From the NCBI GenBank assembly GCA_963743305.1, contig CAVUPH010000007.1, forward strand, positions 128,001-192,000: a stretch of 64,000 nt of DNA, read 5' to 3'. The position numbers and the translations under genes were made by a program. Origin of the DNA: an uncultured delta proteobacterium (GTDB lineage Bacteria > Desulfobacterota > RBG-13-43-22). Every line of letters starts with the position of its first letter. Position 1 is the first letter of the stretch. Under the pieces are notes generated by a model that saw only the letters and a program-made list of their open reading frames with translations, was not told the DNA's origin and ran no database searches. Below are positions 39,977-50,680 of the stretch, piece by piece.

Positions 39977-41926
39977 TCAGGGGTGAAGAACCCGGTAGAC
40001 TATGGCCTCATTCGTCAGTTTTATCGGAGCAAAGAGTTGGGGATTCCGGGAGAAAAGGGCCAGGATTTGTTCTCTTTCCGGTTGGGGGTAATAGGCCAGG
40101 TGGACGATGACGTAACGAACCCCCAATTGATGGATGCGTCTCAAAGTCAATTCAGAAGGAAAACCTTTTAATTCTTCCCGGTAAAGACGAGTATACCCCG
40201 GCGGTATGAAGCCGCTGTACCCGTTCACCAGTTTCTTCCAGTGATAGGTGGAAAAGTAGACGTAAGGGGCGTCCCGAAAAACATCTTCCGGACGCGTGGG
40301 CAGGGGTATTTCCAGGATAGCGAAATCGTCCGGTTGCTGAGCCAACCAGGTATACACCTGGGGGAAGTCGCGACCTACCGGAACGGAAGGCATGGAGATG
40401 GGAAAGGAGGCGTACTCAATCAGCACCAGGAGGGCGAACCCGGAGCCCAGCAACGACCGTTTCCAGGAGGATTGAATTTTGCCCAGGAGCCAGGCCAACC
40501 CATAGCCGGCAAAGACGCTGACCGCCAGGTCCATCATGACTACGAAACGGGCGGGGACCCGTATACCATCAAACCCCGGCACCCACTCATATAACAGCAA
40601 GTAAGGGCCATAGGCGATTTCCACGCCATTGAAGTGGATTATCGGGCCCAGGGCCAGGAGAAAGGAAAGGACGAGCAGGGTAAGATAAAATCGCGGCTCC
40701 GCGGACCCAAACCGGGGAAGCAGGGTCCCTATCTTTTTCCGAAGTGACCGGTCGAGCAGGATTAAGCAGGTCAGCAAAGACAAAAGGGTCATCACCGGGA
40801 TTTTGAGGTCCCGGAAATGGAGCTCCAGGCTTCCGAGGGACAGGGAAAAACCCCCAGTCAGCAGGAAAGAGACGATCCAGATTCCACAAAAAAGGATCAA
40901 GAATCGCAGGAGGCGGATTAGTGCGCTGACCGTCTTGATGAGAGTCAGGAGCCTTGGCGAGAAGGGCTCCGGAGTAGTCTTCCATCGCACCAGGGATCTT
41001 ATCCCGGCCAGGGACATTATCAAGGCGACCAAGCCCATGAAGAGACCGCCTTCCGGTTTCATGAAACCCGCCAATAGCTTTCCCCAGAGGCGGTTTTGAA
41101 CGGGGGTGGATAGAAAGGATACGAAATCGGCTGAGAAAAAGACCGCTTCGCCGAAGGGGCGGATAAAACCAAAGTCCTTTTTTAATTTCAGGTAGGGGAG
41201 ATAGACCGGGAGGATTATCAAAAACGAGAATAAAAAAAACAGGCTGAAATGGCCCGTCAAGCGATAGCGGTCTTCCCAACTTTCCCGCAAGGCCAGGACC
41301 ATGAAAACAACCACGAAAAGGGTCAGGAATAACCCGTAATAGCCGCAGGAATAGAAGGTCAAGATATAAAAAAAGGCCGCCCCGAAAAGAACCCGATACG
41401 AAAAAGACTTCACCGTTTTATGTAAAAACAGGAAAGTCAGGGGCAGCCACTGGGCGGACAATAATTGCAGATGGGCAATGTGGGCGATGCGCCAGGGAAA
41501 AAAGGAAAACAGCAGGCCTGAAAAAAAAGCGGCCTGCCCGTTGCGGGTTAAATACCAAACCAGGAAATACATACCTAGGGCCGTCAGGACAAAACTGATC
41601 AAGACGGAAACGTTGAAGGTCACCAGGGGATCATTAAAAGCCCATTGAATGGGGACCGCGGTTAAGGCCTCCCCCAGCAGGTGCTCCGAATAGGCCAGGG
41701 TGTTTTTATCAGGGAAAAAAATGTTGGCATCAAAGAGGGAGCCCCAGCCCCCCCCGGTGATTTTTCGAACCCCCCAGGCGAGGATCCAGGTATTTAGAAA
41801 AGAATCGACAAAGTCTCCGATAATGGCCACCTTCATTCGAAAAATGGCCGGGTAGGTCATAATCAGAGTGAGAACGGAATAGAGAAACAGCGCCAGAAAA
41901 TGTGGATAAGACCGCCGCAGGGCCAT
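39977..41926 (-). CDS. polytopic GT-C/YfhO-like membrane protein
   Basis: GD...NTWILAW, NIFFP..NTLAYSE, IRVPARF, LVNGYSGF. Confidence 0.7.
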   Translation of the reverse strand: MALRRSYPHFLALFLYSVLTLIMTYPAIFRMKVAIIGDFVDSFLNTWILAWGVRKITGGGWGSLFDANIFFPDKNTLAYSEHLLGEALTAVPIQWAFNDPLVTFNVSVLISFVLTALGMYFLVWYLTRNGQAAFFSGLLFSFFPWRIAHIAHLQLLSAQWLPLTFLFLHKTVKSFSYRVLFGAAFFYILTFYSCGYYGLFLTLFVVVFMVLALRESWEDRYRLTGHFSLFFLFSFLIILPVYLPYLKLKKDFGFIRPFGEAVFFSADFVSFLSTPVQNRLWGKLLAGFMKPEGGLFMGLVALIMSLAGIRSLVRWKTTPEPFSPRLLTLIKTVSALIRLLRFLILFCGIWIVSFLLTGGFSLSLGSLELHFRDLKIPVMTLLSLLTCLILLDRSLRKKIGTLLPRFGSAEPRFYLTLLVLSFLLALGPIIHFNGVEIAYGPYLLLYEWVPGFDGIRVPARFVVMMDLAVSVFAGYGLAWLLGKIQSSWKRSLLGSGFALLVLIEYASFPISMPSVPVGRDFPQVYTWLAQQPDDFAILEIPLPTRPEDVFRDAPYVYFSTYHWKKLVNGYSGFIPPGYTRLYREELKGFPSELTLRRIHQLGVRYVIVHLAYYPQPEREQILALFSRNPQLFAPIKLTNEAIVYRVLHP

Positions 41927-41937
41927 GGAGGAAGGGG

Positions 41938-43803
41938 TTACCGCTGGGGGAAAAAATGGCGATGCCAGATGGCCACGTTCATCAGTGCCCAGAGTAGATG
42001 ATTGTGATTCTGGACCCGGTCCAAGTGTTCTTGAATGACTTGATTTAAGAAGGGCAGTCGGATGGTCTGGCGAATGATCGGGGATTCATTTAACAGGGAC
42101 ACCATATACTCTTTCAACCCTTCGCGGAGCAAGTTCTTAATGGGCAGGCTATAGCCCTGTTTTCCCCGGTTGACGATGGTGTCCGGCAGCCAGCCTTTCA
42201 AGGCCTGGCGAAAAATGGCCTTGGTCTCAAAGCCCTTCAGTTTCCAGGAGCTGGGCAGCGTGGTGGAAAATTCCACCACCCGGTGATCCAAAAAAGGAAC
42301 TCGTATTTCCAGGGCATGGGCCATGCTCATTTTATCCACTTTCATCAGTACCGAATCCGGCATGACGAATTTCAGATCAATATACACTTCCTGATCCAGA
42401 CGATCTTTGGAGGGACAGCGTTCCCGGTACCCCCGGACGGCCCCAAAGGGGTCCGCAGAGATCCTGGATTTGAATTCTTTTTGAAACAATCGGGATTCCC
42501 ACTCGGGTGACATGAAATACTGCCAGCGCAGATGACCCCCGTCCAGCGGTTGGTGGGATCCTTCAATGAATCGTTTGAGGATATTGACGGCCCCCTTTTT
42601 TTGCGGTTGATCCGGGAGGCGTTTCACCGCCGGATAAATGCATTTTTCCCGCAGCCATCCGGGGAGCCGTCGGTAATAATGATCGAATTTGCTGGCCCGG
42701 AAGCGGTCGTAGCCGGCAAAAATTTCATCGCCCCCCTCACCGGAAAGACAGACCGTCACCTGTTTCTTGGCTTCTCGGCAAACCAGGAATAAGGGCAGAG
42801 CGGAGAGATCGGTCATGGGTTCATCCAAATGCCAGACCGCTTCTTCCAAATCCTGAGGGGTAACCTCCGGAATCATCAGCACCTGATGATCGGTTTCAAA
42901 ACGTTCAGCAACCATCTTGGCATAAGGCAGTTCGCTGAAGGAGGGGTCCGGATAACCGATGGAAAAGGTTCGCAGCGGATCGACCCCTAGTTGTCGCATC
43001 AGGGCTACCAGCGTGCTGGAGTCCAATCCACCCGACAGGAAAACACCCAGGGGCACATCACTGATCAGATGCAGACCCACTGTTTCTCGTAAAAGGGCCC
43101 GCAGGGCCTCCACGGCTTCCTCGGGGGACGACCATTCCTCTGAAAATTTGAGGTCCCAATAGGTTTGTATCTCCAACCCCTTATTGGAGAATTTGAGGTA
43201 ACAGCCCGGAGGGAGTTTGGAAATCCCCTCGAACATGGTCCGGGGGCTGGGAACGAACTCAAAGCCCAGGTAATCGTAGAGGGCCGGGAAGTTTACCTGC
43301 CGGGGTATTTCCGGAATGGCCAACAGCCCTTTGATTTCCGAGGCAAAGGCAAAACGGTCCGACTGGTGGTAATAATAAAGGGGCTTAATCCCCAGCCGAT
43401 CTCGAGCAATGAAAAGTTGCTGCCGGGGCCGGTCCCAGAGGGCCAAGGCAAACATTCCCCGCAGCCGCTGGAGGCACCCCTCCCCCCATTCTTCGTAGGC
43501 GTGGATAATAACCTCGGAATCGGATTGACTGGCGAAACAATGGCCCTTTTGCAGCAGGGATTCCCGCAATTCGAGAAAATTATAGATCTCCCCGTTAAAA
43601 ACCAACTGGAGGGAGCCATCTTCGTTGGTCATGGGCTGCCGGCCCTGTTCGGAGAGGTCGATGATGGAGAGACGGCGATGACCCAGGGTAATCCCTTCGG
43701 AAGCGAAAATTCCGCTTTGATCCGGTCCCCGGTGTTTGATGACCTGGTTGCATTTTTCGGCAATGGTCGTGTCCGGCCAGGTAAAACCACAAATTCCGCA
43801 CAT
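41938..43803 (-). CDS. asnB: asparagine synthase (glutamine-hydrolysing)-like amidotransferase
   Basis: MCGICG, HRGPD, RRLSIID, NGEIYN, LSGGLDSS, SGEGGDE, RVPFLDH. Confidence 0.95.
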   Translation of the reverse strand: MCGICGFTWPDTTIAEKCNQVIKHRGPDQSGIFASEGITLGHRRLSIIDLSEQGRQPMTNEDGSLQLVFNGEIYNFLELRESLLQKGHCFASQSDSEVIIHAYEEWGEGCLQRLRGMFALALWDRPRQQLFIARDRLGIKPLYYYHQSDRFAFASEIKGLLAIPEIPRQVNFPALYDYLGFEFVPSPRTMFEGISKLPPGCYLKFSNKGLEIQTYWDLKFSEEWSSPEEAVEALRALLRETVGLHLISDVPLGVFLSGGLDSSTLVALMRQLGVDPLRTFSIGYPDPSFSELPYAKMVAERFETDHQVLMIPEVTPQDLEEAVWHLDEPMTDLSALPLFLVCREAKKQVTVCLSGEGGDEIFAGYDRFRASKFDHYYRRLPGWLREKCIYPAVKRLPDQPQKKGAVNILKRFIEGSHQPLDGGHLRWQYFMSPEWESRLFQKEFKSRISADPFGAVRGYRERCPSKDRLDQEVYIDLKFVMPDSVLMKVDKMSMAHALEIRVPFLDHRVVEFSTTLPSSWKLKGFETKAIFRQALKGWLPDTIVNRGKQGYSLPIKNLLREGLKEYMVSLLNESPIIRQTIRLPFLNQVIQEHLDRVQNHNHLLWALMNVAIWHRHFFPQR

Positions 43804-44090
43804 AGGTTTGAAAATTCCTTTAAAAAAATAGACCCTCGCCCTGGTCTAACGGCTTAGCAGTTGGTTGCAGGACCAACCGAACCCAGAGGGGGCCTATAGT
43901 TATTAGCAATGTATAGCATCTGATATCCTATTTTCAACATTTTTTAAGAAGGCGGCTTCCCCGGTGCAAAAAAGGATACTTGGCCTGTGGTCGCGGTGTC
44001 AAAAATGGGTTGCCCTTTCCCCTAAATTTATTATAGTATTTTCTTTTGGTTTGGTAAAGTTTTTGAATCCAATCCCTTTTAGGACGATGA

Positions 44091-45910
44091 ATGAATATCT
44101 TGGGCTTATCCGCCTATTATCACGACTCGGCGGCCTGTCTGCTTAAGGAAGGACGGATTGCGGCCGCCGCCCAGGAAGAGCGCTGGACCAGGATAAAACA
44201 TGACCCATGTTTTCCTTCCCAGGCCATTCGCTATTGTCTGCGGGAGGAGGGCCTGACGGTCCAGGACCTGGATCTGGTAGCCTTCTACGACCTCCCCTTT
44301 TTGAAATTTGAACGCCTTCTGGAGACTTACCTGGCCTTCGCCCCCCGAGGACTCCGTTCCTTCCTGCAGGCCATGCCCCTCTGGATCAAGGAAAAACTCT
44401 GGCTCCCGGAGAAGATCAAAAAAGAATTGGGGTATGACGGCGCGCTGCTATTTACGGAGCATCACCAGTCCCACGCGGCCAGCGCTTTCTACCCCTCTCC
44501 CTTCCAGCGAGCGGCCATCCTGACCATAGACGGGGTAGGGGAGTGGGCTACGACTTCTTGGGGCCTGGGACGGGACCACACGATTGATCTGATAGCCGAA
44601 CTTCGCTTCCCCCATTCCCTGGGTCTATTGTATTCCGCCTTTACCTATTTTACCGGCTTTAAAGTCAACTCCGGAGAATACAAGCTTATGGGGCTGGCCC
44701 CCTACGGGGCGCCCAGATATCGGGACTTGATCCTGACTCACCTGCTGGACTTAAAAGAGGATGGGTCTTTCAAACTGAACCTGGACTACTTCAACTATTG
44801 CCAGGGCCTGACCATGACCAATGAGAAATTTGCCGATTTATTCGGGGGTCCCCCCGACAGCCGGAATCCCCCCTGACCCAGAGGGAAATGGACTTGGCGG
44901 CCAGTGTTCAGAAGGTTACCGAAGAAGTGGTGCTGCGCCTGGCCCGCCATGTCCACCGGGAAACGGGAGAAAAACACTTGGTGCTGGCCGGTGGGGTGGC
45001 CTTAAACTGTGTAGCCAACGGTCTTCTTCTGCGGGAAGGTCCATTTGAGGACCTCTGGATCCAACCGGCAGCCGGTGATGCCGGAGGGGCCTTAGGGGCG
45101 GCCCTCTATGCCTGGCATCAACACCTGGGGAAGCCCCGCCCGATCATCACCGACCGGCTCGACCGCCAGGAAGGCTCTTATCTGGGACCGGCCTTCCCTG
45201 AAGGTCAGATCCGGGCCTTTCTCCAACAGCAGGGGATCCCAGCCCGAGAATTGTCCTGGGAAGAGCTCCCCCAGGAGGTGGCCCGGTTGATTGCTGAGGA
45301 GAAAGTAGTGGGCTGGTTCCAAGGGCGCATGGAATTTGGACCACGGGCCCTCGGCAACCGTTCCATTCTCGGAGACGCCCGAAGCCCGAAAATGCAATCC
45401 GTGATGAATCTGAAAATCAAATTCAGGGAATCCTTCCGGCCCTTTGCCCCTTCGGTGATGGCGGAACGGAGCAGCGATTATTTCCTCCTGGATCGCCCCA
45501 GTCCCTACATGCTGCTGGTGGGGGAAATCCAACCGGGTATTCGCAGCGAATTGAAACCCGAGGATCAGGACCTATGCGGTCTGGAAAAATTGAAAACCGT
45601 TCGCTCCGTCCTACCGGCCGTTACCCATGTCGATCACAGCGCCCGGGTGCAAACCGTTCACCGGGAAACCAACCCTCTGTATTACCGACTGCTGAAAGCT
45701 TTTGAAGCCTTGACCGGCTGCGGAGTCATCGTCAATACCAGTTTTAACGTTCGCGGAGAACCGATCGTCTGTACCCCCGAACAGGCCTACGCCTGTTTCC
45801 GGCGCACGGAAATGGACTATCTGGTCCTGGGGCCTTTCCTTTTGAAAAAGGACAACCAGCCCCCCTGGCAGGAGACTGCTGACTGGCGAAAAGAAATCCA
45901 GGCCGACTGA
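44091..45910 (+). CDS. NodU/CmcH/SxtI-family carbamoyltransferase, split at a C6 tract (44850-44855)
   Basis: YHDSAA, QEER, EHHQSHA, DGVGE, YKLMGLAPYG; then AGGVALNC, EFGPRALGNRS, NTSFN. One more C gives FGGPPRQPESPLTQREMDLAAS. Confidence 0.92.
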
Positions 45911-46509
45911 TGGCCTTTTTTCAAGAAATCAAAGAACAATTCGGGAATCTCCGTCCGTCTCGAAAAGATCTACGGAATCTGGGGTTGGTATTTTTTATCG
46001 TCCTGGGAATCGTCGGTTCCCTGTTGTGGTGGAAGGGGCGCTCGTCCGCACCCTGGTTTTGGGTGGCGGCTCTGGCCCTGGGTGCCTGGGGGCTGGTCTG
46101 GCCCTCGGGACTGATGCCGATCTACCGGGTATGGATGGGTTTGGGCGTGGTGCTGAACTATTTCATCTCCCGCTTCATCCTGATCCTGTTGTACTATTTG
46201 GTCTTGACCCCCACTGGACTGGTATTGAGGGCCCTGGGCCGGGATCTTCTGGACCTGAAGCTGCAAGACCGACCCAGTTACTGGCATCGGCGAAGCTCCA
46301 CCGAATCGTCCCGCAAACAGCAAAGCGCTTATTCCGAGGTTAAGCAGGGGTCCGGTAAGATCGCCCTGATGGTCCAATTCTGGGTTTTCTTGCGGGCGAG
46401 GAAGAAATTCTGGTTGCTGCCTATCATTCTGATGTTGGTCTTATTAGGGGCCCTGATCATTTTTGGCGAAGGATCAGCCTTGGCCCCTTTTATCTATACC
46501 CTCTTTTAA
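45910..46509 (+). CDS. SxtJ-family membrane protein fused to a DUF5989/SxtK-like peptide
   Basis: YRVWM, LTPTG, SYW (SxtJ-like), then in frame RKKFWLLPII...SALAPFIYTLF. Confidence 0.8.
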   Translation: MAFFQEIKEQFGNLRPSRKDLRNLGLVFFIVLGIVGSLLWWKGRSSAPWFWVAALALGAWGLVWPSGLMPIYRVWMGLGVVLNYFISRFILILLYYLVLTPTGLVLRALGRDLLDLKLQDRPSYWHRRSSTESSRKQQSAYSEVKQGSGKIALMVQFWVFLRARKKFWLLPIILMLVLLGALIIFGEGSALAPFIYTLF

Positions 46510-46551
46510 GGAGAACGGCTTCCAGTCCATGCACTCCTGGAAAAAGCTCGC

Positions 46552-48390
46552 ATGACCAGCCCATCCGCCCCTTTGAAATTCCTGAAGATATTTCTGTTCA
46601 TCGCTCTGGGAATCCAGGTCGTGATTGCCCTCCTGCTCTTGGGCAACTACCCCTTATTGTTTCGCGGGGGGCCTTATTCCCAGGTCCGGGTCGATCAGGA
46701 AGGGATGCGGCTGGTTGTTTATGGCGGTCCGAATAGGTCCGGTCCGGCGGAAACCCGCTTTACGCCCAATGCTTCGGCCCGTTTGGAAACCCCACGAACC
46801 TCGCTGGAAGGCTATGGGATTTGGCAGGTTGAAAAGGCCGGGACGTATACCCTGGTGTTTCACTGCGATGATTATGGCAGTTTGTTTCTGGACGGCCACC
46901 TCTTGATCCGCCTCAAGGGTATATCCGCCGACAATATCGGGCAGGCCGTGGTTCCGCTGCAACCCGGTCCGCATCATCTGGTCGTCTATCTCTATAACGG
47001 ACCCCAAAAAGGCTTTTTCCGTCTCGAGGTCCAGGGCCCCGGTGAGGCATATCCCGTCCCTTTGCCTCCCGCCAACCTGCGTCCCTGGAAACCGGGGAAA
47101 GCCGCCTTTTACTGGCGAGTTGCCGATGGAATGCTCTCCTGGATCAGGGGAGGGCTTTTCTGGATAACCTTACCCCTACTGCTCCTCGCCTCCCTGGCTT
47201 TTTTAGGGGCCAAAACCTTAAAACAGGCGGCGCTGAACGGCGGCCTCGTCCTCGGAAGCTGTTTAATGGCGGCGGTCCTGGGGGAGATCGCCGTCCGGCT
47301 TTTTTGGCCCCCACCCCAAAAGGTCTCTATCCGGGAAATGGCCGCGCCGGGACAACGAACGGACCGAAGGGCAGGGACTTTTGTCATCCCCACGGAACGG
47401 GGTTACCGGAATGCCCCCTTAAGTGAATTGGTGATCGAACATCACCCCTGGAGCCCGAACATCCCCTTGGTCTTCAAGACCAATTCCCTGGGTTACCGCA
47501 ACCCGGAAATCGGTCCCAAAAAGGGGAAACGCTTCTTGTTCCTGGGTGACTCCATTACCTTCGGTCATGGAGTGAATGAGGAATGGACCTTCGTCCGCCT
47601 GCTGGAAAAGCTGGCCCGGTCCCAGGGTGACAACTGGGAAGCCGTCAATGGGGCCGTCGAAGGCCTGGGGACCAACGGGGAATTGGCCGTATTGAATGAA
47701 ACCGGACTTGGCCTCAAGCCCGATGTGGTCGTCCTGGATTTTTATTTAAATGATTTCCTGGAATCACCGGGCATATTTATTACCCGACTACCGGGGGTGC
47801 TGGACCGAAGCCGGCTGGCCTATAAACTGGAGCGTTTTTTTACCTCCCGTTTGTTTATTACTACTTCTGAAAAAAATATCTCCGTCATCCAGCCGATGCA
47901 AAAGCCCCCGGACGAAATTTTTGTCTGGCGGGACGAATTCAAAAAAAATTCCACGGTCCTTCCTCTCCATCAAAAACCCGACGCAACGGCTCAGGCCTTT
48001 CAGGAGGCCGTCCTTCAAAATTTTGAAGACTGGGGAGGCGCTTTCAGTCCGCGGGTCTGGAAAAACATGGAGCCGCTGCTGGAGGAATTCGTCCGACTGG
48101 CGAAGGAACATCGCTTTCGTTTTGTCCTGGTGGCCTTTCCCGTCCGTGCCCAGGTGGAAACGACGCCCCTTTTTGACTATCCTCAGCAACGGTTAAGGCA
48201 GATCGCCCGGAACCTCAAAGTCCCTTGTTTCGATCTGCTACCTGTGTTTCGAATGGATTTTGAAAAGAACCAGAAGGTAGAGGACCGGCTTTTTCTCGAC
48301 CATTGCCACCTGACGGCCAGAGGAAATCGAGTCGCCGCCCAGGCCATTTACCGTTTCCTGAAACAAACCCCCCTCCCGGAAGGAAATTAG
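46552..48390 (+). CDS. PA14-like domain plus SGNH/GDSL hydrolase
   Basis: DDYGSLFLDG (PA14-like), TNSLGYR, FLGDSITFG, LND, DHCH. Confidence 0.85.
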   Translation: MTSPSAPLKFLKIFLFIALGIQVVIALLLLGNYPLLFRGGPYSQVRVDQEGMRLVVYGGPNRSGPAETRFTPNASARLETPRTSLEGYGIWQVEKAGTYTLVFHCDDYGSLFLDGHLLIRLKGISADNIGQAVVPLQPGPHHLVVYLYNGPQKGFFRLEVQGPGEAYPVPLPPANLRPWKPGKAAFYWRVADGMLSWIRGGLFWITLPLLLLASLAFLGAKTLKQAALNGGLVLGSCLMAAVLGEIAVRLFWPPPQKVSIREMAAPGQRTDRRAGTFVIPTERGYRNAPLSELVIEHHPWSPNIPLVFKTNSLGYRNPEIGPKKGKRFLFLGDSITFGHGVNEEWTFVRLLEKLARSQGDNWEAVNGAVEGLGTNGELAVLNETGLGLKPDVVVLDFYLNDFLESPGIFITRLPGVLDRSRLAYKLERFFTSRLFITTSEKNISVIQPMQKPPDEIFVWRDEFKKNSTVLPLHQKPDATAQAFQEAVLQNFEDWGGAFSPRVWKNMEPLLEEFVRLAKEHRFRFVLVAFPVRAQVETTPLFDYPQQRLRQIARNLKVPCFDLLPVFRMDFEKNQKVEDRLFLDHCHLTARGNRVAAQAIYRFLKQTPLPEGN

Positions 48391-48513
48391 GGCGGTTGTA
48401 TCCAACTTGAAAAATAAAAACAAATCCTCACCGGGGAACCTGGAATCGGCAGGTCCCCCGGCAAGGAGACCGGCTAGGGGAGCGGCCGGTGCAAATCTGT
48501 CGGGCCGATCCGG

Positions 48514-49143
48514 CTAATGATAGGCCGACTCGGGGAAAATACTGCCCATCTGAACGCGTCCGCCAACGGATCCCATGGCCCGGTAGGACGGGGGCCCCAG
48601 TCTAAATCCCAGTCGGTCGAAACCGTCGTTGACGATAACGACGGCGGTAGTTTGCGGGGCTTTCTGCATGACCTGCACGACCGCCTGGAGGTACCGACCC
48701 CACCAGGAATCAATTTGACCCCGGGCATTCGATAGGGCTTGGGTCTCACCATCCACGGGGGACCAGTTCATGCCTGCCACGGTGCTGGCCAAGGCATATA
48801 ACTGGGCCGCCCAGCGCCCGTTGAATCCGGCCCGGCCCATCTGGCCAGGGACCAGGTTCAGGTCCGCTATAATGAGTTGGGTCGGCCCCGCTTTGCAGTA
48901 CCCTTCCAGCTTGGTCCAATAAGCGGAATCGAGGCTTTGACCTTTAAAGGGGGTCTGTTCCATCAAATTGACTGTTGCCGGCCCGTGCGTGGCTTGCTCC
49001 GGTTGACTCGTGGAAGTGGTTGCGGGACTGGAATTGGAGCCGCCTCCGGAATTCGTCCAGTTATCCCAATATTGGCAGCCGGTGGCGGCTACCATGAGGA
49101 GCAACAGGGGCAATAAGAGCTGGCCTAGTTTTTTTTTGGTCAT
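48514..49143 (-). CDS. hypothetical lipoprotein
   Basis: Basic N-terminus, hydrophobic core, ATGC lipobox, Ser/Thr linker; GGAGG RBS. Confidence 0.75.
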   Translation of the reverse strand: MTKKKLGQLLLPLLLLMVAATGCQYWDNWTNSGGGSNSSPATTSTSQPEQATHGPATVNLMEQTPFKGQSLDSAYWTKLEGYCKAGPTQLIIADLNLVPGQMGRAGFNGRWAAQLYALASTVAGMNWSPVDGETQALSNARGQIDSWWGRYLQAVVQVMQKAPQTTAVVIVNDGFDRLGFRLGPPSYRAMGSVGGRVQMGSIFPESAYH

Positions 49144-49469
49144 TAGCCCTCCTGAAATATTATTTTTTTGTAAAGTTAAAGCTTTATATTAGAAAAAATA
49201 TAAAATGTCAATACAAAACTATAAGTTCAGCGCTTTTTCTTGATAAGGTTATCTTCATTGGTCAAACAGTTTGGACAAAACCCGTGGTCCGCCAACGGAT
49301 ATCGTCCAGGCTCGGCTGAAAAAGCCAGGGCCGGTAGACCAGCCATTATCCAATTCTTGATTTAAGAGAGAACGAACAGGCCGCGGCCGAGAATCATTTT
49401 TTGTTGCAAAATAGTTCTAAGCTATGATAAAATATTAAGTTTAAATCAACTTCATATGGATGGAGATCA

Positions 49470-50462
49470 ATGGCTGAGACGATAACCCGAGAGCAGATTA
49501 AGGCTATTCAAGAAAAAAACGTGGGGATGTATTCCAAGCATCCCTGGCCGGTCAACCGCCGCACGGCCGAAGAGATGGGCTGGCGCTTGAAGGTCCTGGG
49601 CATTCATCCCAGCGAATTTCAGGGGAAAAGAACCTTGGAGTGCGGCTGCGGGACCGGCAACTATGTCATCTGGTATGCGATGGAAGGGCAGGCCTCGGAG
49701 GCCGTTGGAGTGGACCTCTCGGACGGATCGTTGGCGGTAGCCAATCGCCTAAAAGAAGAAGGCCAAGTCGAAAATGCCACCTTCAGGAAGATGGACGTCC
49801 TGAAGCTGGATTTCCCGGATAACAGTTTTGACTATTCCTATTCCTATGGAGTATTTATGATAACCGGCGACAGTGAAGGGGCCTATCGGGAGATGGTCCG
49901 GGTGACCAAGCCGGGAGGGACCATCACCGTAAGCGTTTATAACACCTTCGGTCGCTGGCCGGTGACCATTCGGCAGAAAATAATCAAGAGAATGGCCCCC
50001 GATGATCCGGATAAGCGGGTCCAGTTGGGAGTGAAATATTTTCCCGGCCCCTTTAAGAAATTGGACAAACGGTACTACGAAATCAATTCCGAACAACTGG
50101 CTTATGATACCTACGGTATTCCCTATGAGGAGGTCCACAGCGCCGGAAATGTTTTGGGCTGGTTAAAGAGGGCCAACGTAAAGTATAAGGGCTCCTTTGC
50201 TCCCCTCCGGATCCGGGACTATTTTTACGCCTTTTCCTTGGACGAGTATAAGGATTTCCGGAGCACCTTTGCTGGTTATCCGGCCGCGCAAAAGGTCAGC
50301 GACTTGTTATTCAAAATCTCCCGCAAGGAAAAACAGAACGAATATAAAACCCAATTCCCCTTCCCGGGCCCATTCTCCCGGGGCCTCTGTCAGCTCCTCT
50401 GGCTCTTGATCGGGGGGAGCCGGTTTTCTTGCTTTACCATTTCCGGCGTTAAACAGAAATAA
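49470..50462 (+). CDS. class I SAM-dependent methyltransferase
   Basis: LECGCGTG, GVDLS, FPDNSFD, RVTKPGG. Confidence 0.9.
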   Translation: MAETITREQIKAIQEKNVGMYSKHPWPVNRRTAEEMGWRLKVLGIHPSEFQGKRTLECGCGTGNYVIWYAMEGQASEAVGVDLSDGSLAVANRLKEEGQVENATFRKMDVLKLDFPDNSFDYSYSYGVFMITGDSEGAYREMVRVTKPGGTITVSVYNTFGRWPVTIRQKIIKRMAPDDPDKRVQLGVKYFPGPFKKLDKRYYEINSEQLAYDTYGIPYEEVHSAGNVLGWLKRANVKYKGSFAPLRIRDYFYAFSLDEYKDFRSTFAGYPAAQKVSDLLFKISRKEKQNEYKTQFPFPGPFSRGLCQLLWLLIGGSRFSCFTISGVKQK

Positions 50463-50531
50463 AGGCTTCCCTCCAAGTCCAGCTCGCTCTTTGGGTGGGC
50501 TGGACTTTCGTTCTCTTTCCACTACTATTTC

Positions 50532-50660
50532 TTTTGGTTGTTCGCATTTTTGGGTGGATACCTCCCATATTTGGTGCATGGCCGCCGAGACCCGGCGGCC
50601 CCGAGACCCGATTTCAAACTAAGCTACCATGGGGCCATCCACCCAAAAAGGTGAAACAAG
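50532..50660. repeat. GGTTGTYCGC..GGGTGG repeat family, copy B
   Basis: Inverted ends TTTTTGGGTGGAT / ATCCACCCAAAAA; interior similar to 57523-57633; lies between convergent genes. Confidence 0.7.
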
Positions 50661-50680
50661 ATATTTGAAAAGTGGATTGA

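Noticed and set aside
44091-48390. Saxitoxin biosynthesis cluster
   Set aside because: No sxtA, sxtG, sxtB or other core genes are present; only the widespread I/J/K/L-like module.
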